A stretch of 20,000 bases of DNA, taken from an uncultured virus (IMG/VR IMGVR_UViG_3300000558_000068) (lineage: Duplodnaviria > Heunggongvirae > Uroviricota > Caudoviricetes). The stretch is taken from positions 55,018 through 75,017 of IMG/VR virus record IMGVR_UViG_3300000558_000068; one strand, 5' to 3'. The notes beneath the pieces are model-generated. The model ran no database searches. It saw nothing but the letters and a program-made list of their open reading frames with translations, and was not told the DNA's origin. This document shows positions 16,125 to 20,000 of the stretch, in pieces. Both the position numbers and the translations under genes were made by a program. Position 1 is the stretch's first letter. Every line of letters starts with the position of its first letter.

Positions 16125-17726
16125 ATGGATATGAATTATTTCATGACAGATAATCGATCTGGATATAAAACTAAAGAATTTTGGTTTAGTAAAAATCATC
16201 CGGAGGAATATCATCGAATACAAAATTATTTTAATTCATTGGGTTTGAGTGATAGCGGATTTAAAGAAAAAATTTGGATATACTATAATAATCTTAAAGA
16301 ACGCCCGAAATGTTTAACTTGTAATAAGGAAATAAAATTTGGCGATAGATTTGATCGGCCATATGGTGATTTTTGCTCAATTGATTGTGTTAATAGTAAT
16401 ATTCCAGAAATGTTAGTTAGAATAAAAAAAACTAATCAAAAAAAGTTTAATGTTGATTTTTATCCGAGCCACAAAGATTTTATAACTAAGAGGAAAAAAA
16501 CTAAGCTAGAACGTTATGGTGATGAAAACTATAACAACATGGACAAATGTAGAAAAACAAAACTTCAAAATCATGGTGATGAAAATTATAACAATATTGA
16601 TAAAATGAAAAACACCTGTTTGGAAAAATATGACGTAGATAATTTTTCCAAAACACAGCAATTTAAGATAATAATGTATGAATTTTTTTATAGTAAATAT
16701 AGTGATAAATATACATTTGATCTAAGTAAAAACACTAAAGATACTTGTACATTTTTATGTAAAAAACATGGTTATATAACAACAACAAAAAATTTATTTA
16801 GAGAACGTATAAGATATGACACAATTCCTTGTACTGAATGTAATCCTATTGGTTTTTCATCAACTAGTTCTGATCATTTACATCTTGTTACTAAACTTAA
16901 AGAAACGCCCGGACTTAATATAAAAGAAAATATTAAACATTTATTAAACGGAAAAAAGGAAATTGATATATTGATAAATAATAAATTGGGTGTTGAAGTT
17001 AATGGAATTTATTGGCATAGTGAGTTATTTGTGGACAGATATTATCATTTAAAAAAAATTACGGAAGCAAAACAAAATAACATACGTTTAATTCACTTTT
17101 TTGAAGACGAAATAAAATTTAAGTTGGATATTGTTAATTCGATAATATTAAATAGATTGGGATTAACAAAAAACAAAATTTATGCAAGGAATTGTAATAT
17201 TTGCGAGGTTAGTAAAAAAGATTGCTCGGAATTTTTAAACGAAAACCACATACAAGGAAATTGTAAAGGTAAATTTAAATACGGGTTATATCACAATAAT
17301 GAACTAATATCGTTGATGGTATTTTCAAAAAATCGATTGGGCGTTGGTACTATAAATCCGTCAAGTTACGAATTAATTAGATTTTGTAATAAGATAAATA
17401 CAAATGTTATTGGTGGAGCAAATAGACTATTCAAACATTTTATAAAAACAATCAGTCCCAATCATATTATAAGTTTTGCTGATTATAGATTATTTGATGG
17501 TGATCTCTATCAAAAGTTGGGTTTTGCATTTTTATATCAAACTGATCCTAATTATTGGTATGTTATTGGATTAAACAGATTTCATCGATTTAATTATAGG
17601 AAATCAATTTTAGTTAAACAGGGTTATGATAAAGATAAAACTGAAAAAGATATAATGCTAGAACGGAAAATTTATCGTATATATGACTGTGGTAATTTAA
17701 AGTTTGAGTGGAATAAATCAGATTAA
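16125..17726 (+). CDS. Free-standing Hef-like / PD-(D/E)xK homing endonuclease with Zn-binding and repeat domains
   Basis: CLTC..FCSIDC; three KTxLExYGxxN-type repeats; CKKHG..CTEC; EIDI..LGVEVNGIYWHS nuclease core; C-terminal ARNC..NHIQG..ELIRFC..VIGGA..SFAD..RIYDCG domain. ATG 16125 preferred over GTG 16119. Confidence 0.8.
   Translation: MDMNYFMTDNRSGYKTKEFWFSKNHPEEYHRIQNYFNSLGLSDSGFKEKIWIYYNNLKERPKCLTCNKEIKFGDRFDRPYGDFCSIDCVNSNIPEMLVRIKKTNQKKFNVDFYPSHKDFITKRKKTKLERYGDENYNNMDKCRKTKLQNHGDENYNNIDKMKNTCLEKYDVDNFSKTQQFKIIMYEFFYSKYSDKYTFDLSKNTKDTCTFLCKKHGYITTTKNLFRERIRYDTIPCTECNPIGFSSTSSDHLHLVTKLKETPGLNIKENIKHLLNGKKEIDILINNKLGVEVNGIYWHSELFVDRYYHLKKITEAKQNNIRLIHFFEDEIKFKLDIVNSIILNRLGLTKNKIYARNCNICEVSKKDCSEFLNENHIQGNCKGKFKYGLYHNNELISLMVFSKNRLGVGTINPSSYELIRFCNKINTNVIGGANRLFKHFIKTISPNHIISFADYRLFDGDLYQKLGFAFLYQTDPNYWYVIGLNRFHRFNYRKSILVKQGYDKDKTEKDIMLERKIYRIYDCGNLKFEWNKSD
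16494..16664 (+). repeat. Three 57-bp (19-aa) tandem repeats inside the endonuclease gene
   Basis: KKTKLERYGDENYNNMDKC / RKTKLQNHGDENYNNIDKM / KNTCLEKYDVDNFSKTQQF; GGTGATGAAAA at 16518 and 16575. Confidence 0.8.
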
Positions 17727-17739
17727 CTATACACATTTT

Positions 17740-17785
17740 AAGTTCCTCGGTTATTTTTATGATGATCGAGGAATTTTTTATTTAT
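17740..17785 (+). terminator. Intrinsic terminator-like hairpin after the endonuclease
   Basis: AAGTTCCTCGGTTA / TGATCGAGGAATTT stem followed by TTTATTTAT. Confidence 0.65.
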
Positions 17786-17828
17786 CGATATTTAAGCGCA
17801 AATAACAAAATTTTAAAAACTATAATTT

Positions 17829-18794
17829 ATGCCAAACGAAAACAAACCAAGAATTAACTGGAACAATACTGGAGAAACGCCGCCTCCAAATGAATTTCAA
17901 TCTAATGAAACAGAGGACATCGATACAGATCAGTTACCAAAGCGATATGCCCAGTTCGATACTACTAAAGGGGCTAAGCCAAAATCTGAGCCAATAGAAC
18001 AAACAAGATACTCAGAATTTGATGAAAAGGCTTTTATGGGTCAGACGGGGTTTATTGAAGATAACGAACCATTTGATGTCATTGAGCTGCCCAGCAAGGG
18101 TTATTTCTATGCAAACAAAAAAACTCATTTAAGGGTTGGGTATTTAACAGCGGCAGATGAAAATATTTTAACATCTCCCAATTTAATTCAATCTGGAAAA
18201 GTTATTGATGTTTTGCTTCGTAAGAAAATTAAGGACCGGGATATTGAGGTTAGCAAACTTTTACCGGGAGATAGAACAGCTATTATGTTGTTTTTAAGGG
18301 CTACAGGATATGGTAAGGATTACGCAATAAACTTAACTGATCCATTGACCGGGGATGATTTTGAATATATTGTAGATCTGTCAACATTACCAACAAAAGA
18401 AATAACGGATATGCCTGACGCTAGTGGTGAATTTGTTTTTGAATTACCTCGCACAAAAAAGAATTCAAAAATCAGACTTTTAACTCCTGATGATGAAAAA
18501 AATATAACAGAAAGTGATGAAAAGAGAAAACAGTCTTATGGNGAAAATTATATATCAAACAGATTAACAATGCGTCTNGAACGTGCTATTGTTGAAATTG
18601 ATGGTAATCGGGANAAGTCGTTTATTGCTGAGTTNATTCAACAGATGCCNGCNTTTGATTCATTATCCGTTCGNAGTTTCTTATTAAAAATAGAGCCCGG
18701 AATAAACACATCAATCAAAGTAAAAGCGCCGTCAGGGGAAATTATTCAAACTAATGTTCCTTTTGGCCCTAGCTTTTTTTGGCCTAAACTCTGA
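17829..18794 (+). CDS. Tail assembly chaperone / baseplate hub assembly protein (T4 gp26-like)
   Basis: LPSKGYFY, LTAADENIL, L.PGDR.AI..FLRATGYG..Y, F.LP, FFWP end; acidic disordered N-extension; located between tube and tape measure. Confidence 0.75.
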   Translation: MPNENKPRINWNNTGETPPPNEFQSNETEDIDTDQLPKRYAQFDTTKGAKPKSEPIEQTRYSEFDEKAFMGQTGFIEDNEPFDVIELPSKGYFYANKKTHLRVGYLTAADENILTSPNLIQSGKVIDVLLRKKIKDRDIEVSKLLPGDRTAIMLFLRATGYGKDYAINLTDPLTGDDFEYIVDLSTLPTKEITDMPDASGEFVFELPRTKKNSKIRLLTPDDEKNITESDEKRKQSYXENYISNRLTMRXERAIVEIDGNRXKSFIAEXIQQMXXFDSLSVXSFLLKIEPGINTSIKVKAPSGEIIQTNVPFGPSFFWPKL

Positions 18795-18963
18795 TTACCG
18801 CAATTACGTCCTAGATGAAGTTTATTATATGGTTAAACATGTCAATTTCGAAAGAGATGATGTGTTAAAAATGCCAATATTTGAACGTCGTTATCATTTA
18901 CAGAAGTATGTTGCTGAATTAGAAGCACAAAAAGCCGCTATGGATGCGGCCAAGAAAAAATAG
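18754..18963 (+). CDS. Short overlapping ORF, probable frameshift extension of the chaperone (lambda gpGT-like)
   Basis: +1 frame relative to the upstream gene; overlap spans a T7 run; EVYYMVKH..DVLKMPIFERRY followed by a coiled coil. Confidence 0.65.
   Translation: MFLLALAFFGLNSDYRNYVLDEVYYMVKHVNFERDDVLKMPIFERRYHLQKYVAELEAQKAAMDAAKKK
18771..18783 (+). other. Candidate programmed frameshift site AGC TTT TTT TGG
   Basis: T7 at 18774-18780 reads FF in both frames (FFWPKL* versus FFGLNSDY). Confidence 0.55.
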
Positions 18964-18969
18964 TCGTGA

Positions 18970-18976
18970 TATTTAT
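18970..18976 (+). promoter_or_regulatory. TATTTAT motif (putative late promoter)
   Basis: gaTATTTATtaaaaacgtgattcATG, 14 nt to the start. Confidence 0.55.
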
Positions 18977-18990
18977 TAAAAACGTGATTC

Positions 18991-20000
18991 ATGGCAGAGA
19001 ACGCTAAACCATTAAACGACTTAGATAAACTGACCCAAGATATTATTAGCCGATTTGAAACTGCTTTAAATGTTTCAACAACGGCTCAATTATCTTCTAT
19101 TGTTGAGGATATTAATAAATCTTTAGAAAAACAAACCAATTTAATACAGAACATTGCTATTAATTCAACTAGTCGTTTACAGCAAACAAGGGACGAAAGT
19201 GAGAATGTAAAAGTAATTACCGAAGAAGTACAAAAGCAATCAGCAATATATCAAGACATCTTAGCTCACAATGATGCTATTACTGAGAACTGGGATACTA
19301 TGATTAAACAGTCAGCAACCATAGGTAAATCATATAAAGAAATTAATAAGGAGCAAAAAAAATATTTAACTTCTTTAAATGCTGCAACCAAACAAGAGAA
19401 AAAATTAACTGATCTCACTTTAAAACGAATGAAGGTTATTGCCAAGATGAATAAAACCACTGGCAAGAGTCAAAATAAATCGGGGCAGGGAAGGGTTCCT
19501 CAGTTTGTAGACATTCAGGGTATTAGTTCGACACAAATCGGATTAGAGTCTTTAACCGGTGGAAGACCATATTTTGCTTCACATCCGGAAATGGGTGTTC
19601 CTATGGGATTATTTAACACCAAGGACGAACCAAACAGAGCGGCTCGTATAAGGGCAATTAAAAAATATGGATCACAAGGATCAATTAGTGGCGCCTTCCC
19701 TCAATATGCTGATGACTTACCCACTTTAAATCCGCAACGCACTGACGCTAATGATTTATTGGCTGCCGGAGCCATTATATCGAGAAAGATACTGGATAAA
19801 GCAAAACCGATTTTAAACGAAGTAATTCAAATTATCGACACTCTTAATAATATGGCGGATAAGTTCATAGACGCGGCCGGAGAAGCTGATGAGGCGATTC
19901 GTTCGTCAATTCAAAGCGCTGGTGTTTTAATGCAAGGGGAGTGGACAAAAATATCTAAGGGTGAAACTCCCTTAACTAAGGCGGAATATTTCCAACAATC
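18991..20000 (+). CDS. Probable tape measure protein, N-terminal part (runs off the window)
   Basis: Hand-translated frame MAENAKPLNDLDKLTQDII... stays open to the window end (336 codons); helical/coiled-coil composition; directly follows the chaperone pair. Confidence 0.6.
   Translation, partial: MAENAKPLNDLDKLTQDIISRFETALNVSTTAQLSSIVEDINKSLEKQTNLIQNIAINSTSRLQQTRDESENVKVITEEVQKQSAIYQDILAHNDAITENWDTMIKQSATIGKSYKEINKEQKKYLTSLNAATKQEKKLTDLTLKRMKVIAKMNKTTGKSQNKSGQGRVPQFVDIQGISSTQIGLESLTGGRPYFASHPEMGVPMGLFNTKDEPNRAARIRAIKKYGSQGSISGAFPQYADDLPTLNPQRTDANDLLAAGAIISRKILDKAKPILNEVIQIIDTLNNMADKFIDAAGEADEAIRSSIQSAGVLMQGEWTKISKGETPLTKAEYFQQ

Noticed and set aside
16494..16664. 57-bp periodicity as a CRISPR-like array
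   Set aside because: These are in-frame degenerate protein repeats with no repeat-spacer structure. No CRISPR array, tRNA or rRNA was recognised in the window.
306..19466. Other short overlapping ORFs in the track (306, 422, 814, 2038, 3788, 7634, 8418, 10214, 10281, 12452, 14006, 14326, 15919, 19266)
   Set aside because: They lie within or across better-supported genes and show no recognisable features.
1..20000. Stop-codon reassignment as seen in some large phages
   Set aside because: Conserved genes are intact in code 11, and TAG, TGA and TAA all end genes at sensible positions (for example tube TAG 15971, chaperone TGA 18794).

Overview
AT-rich window of a large (jumbo/T4-like) myophage genome, standard genetic code, probably from a metagenomic consensus because it contains scattered Ns. 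It holds the neck-tail morphogenesis module: neck/head-closure, tail terminator, tail sheath, tail tube, tail/baseplate assembly chaperone with a probable frameshift extension, and the start of a tape-measure-like gene. Also present are a SNF2/HARP-type helicase, a T5orf172 protein, a free-standing Hef-like endonuclease, two paralogous HExxH proteins and several small accessory genes. A TTTG-N20-TAnnTTTG promoter, generally SD-less A-rich starts and a signal peptide ending A/Q point to a Bacteroidota host. The most striking element is a 369-aa intein in the helicase DExH box with no recognisable in-frame endonuclease. Instead, a complete Zn-finger + DUF559/Vsr-like endonuclease gene is overprinted inside it in the +1 frame, with its own copy of the window's recurrent TATTTAT-N14-ATG upstream motif embedded next to intein block B. 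All family assignments are by eye from motifs and synteny; no searches were run.
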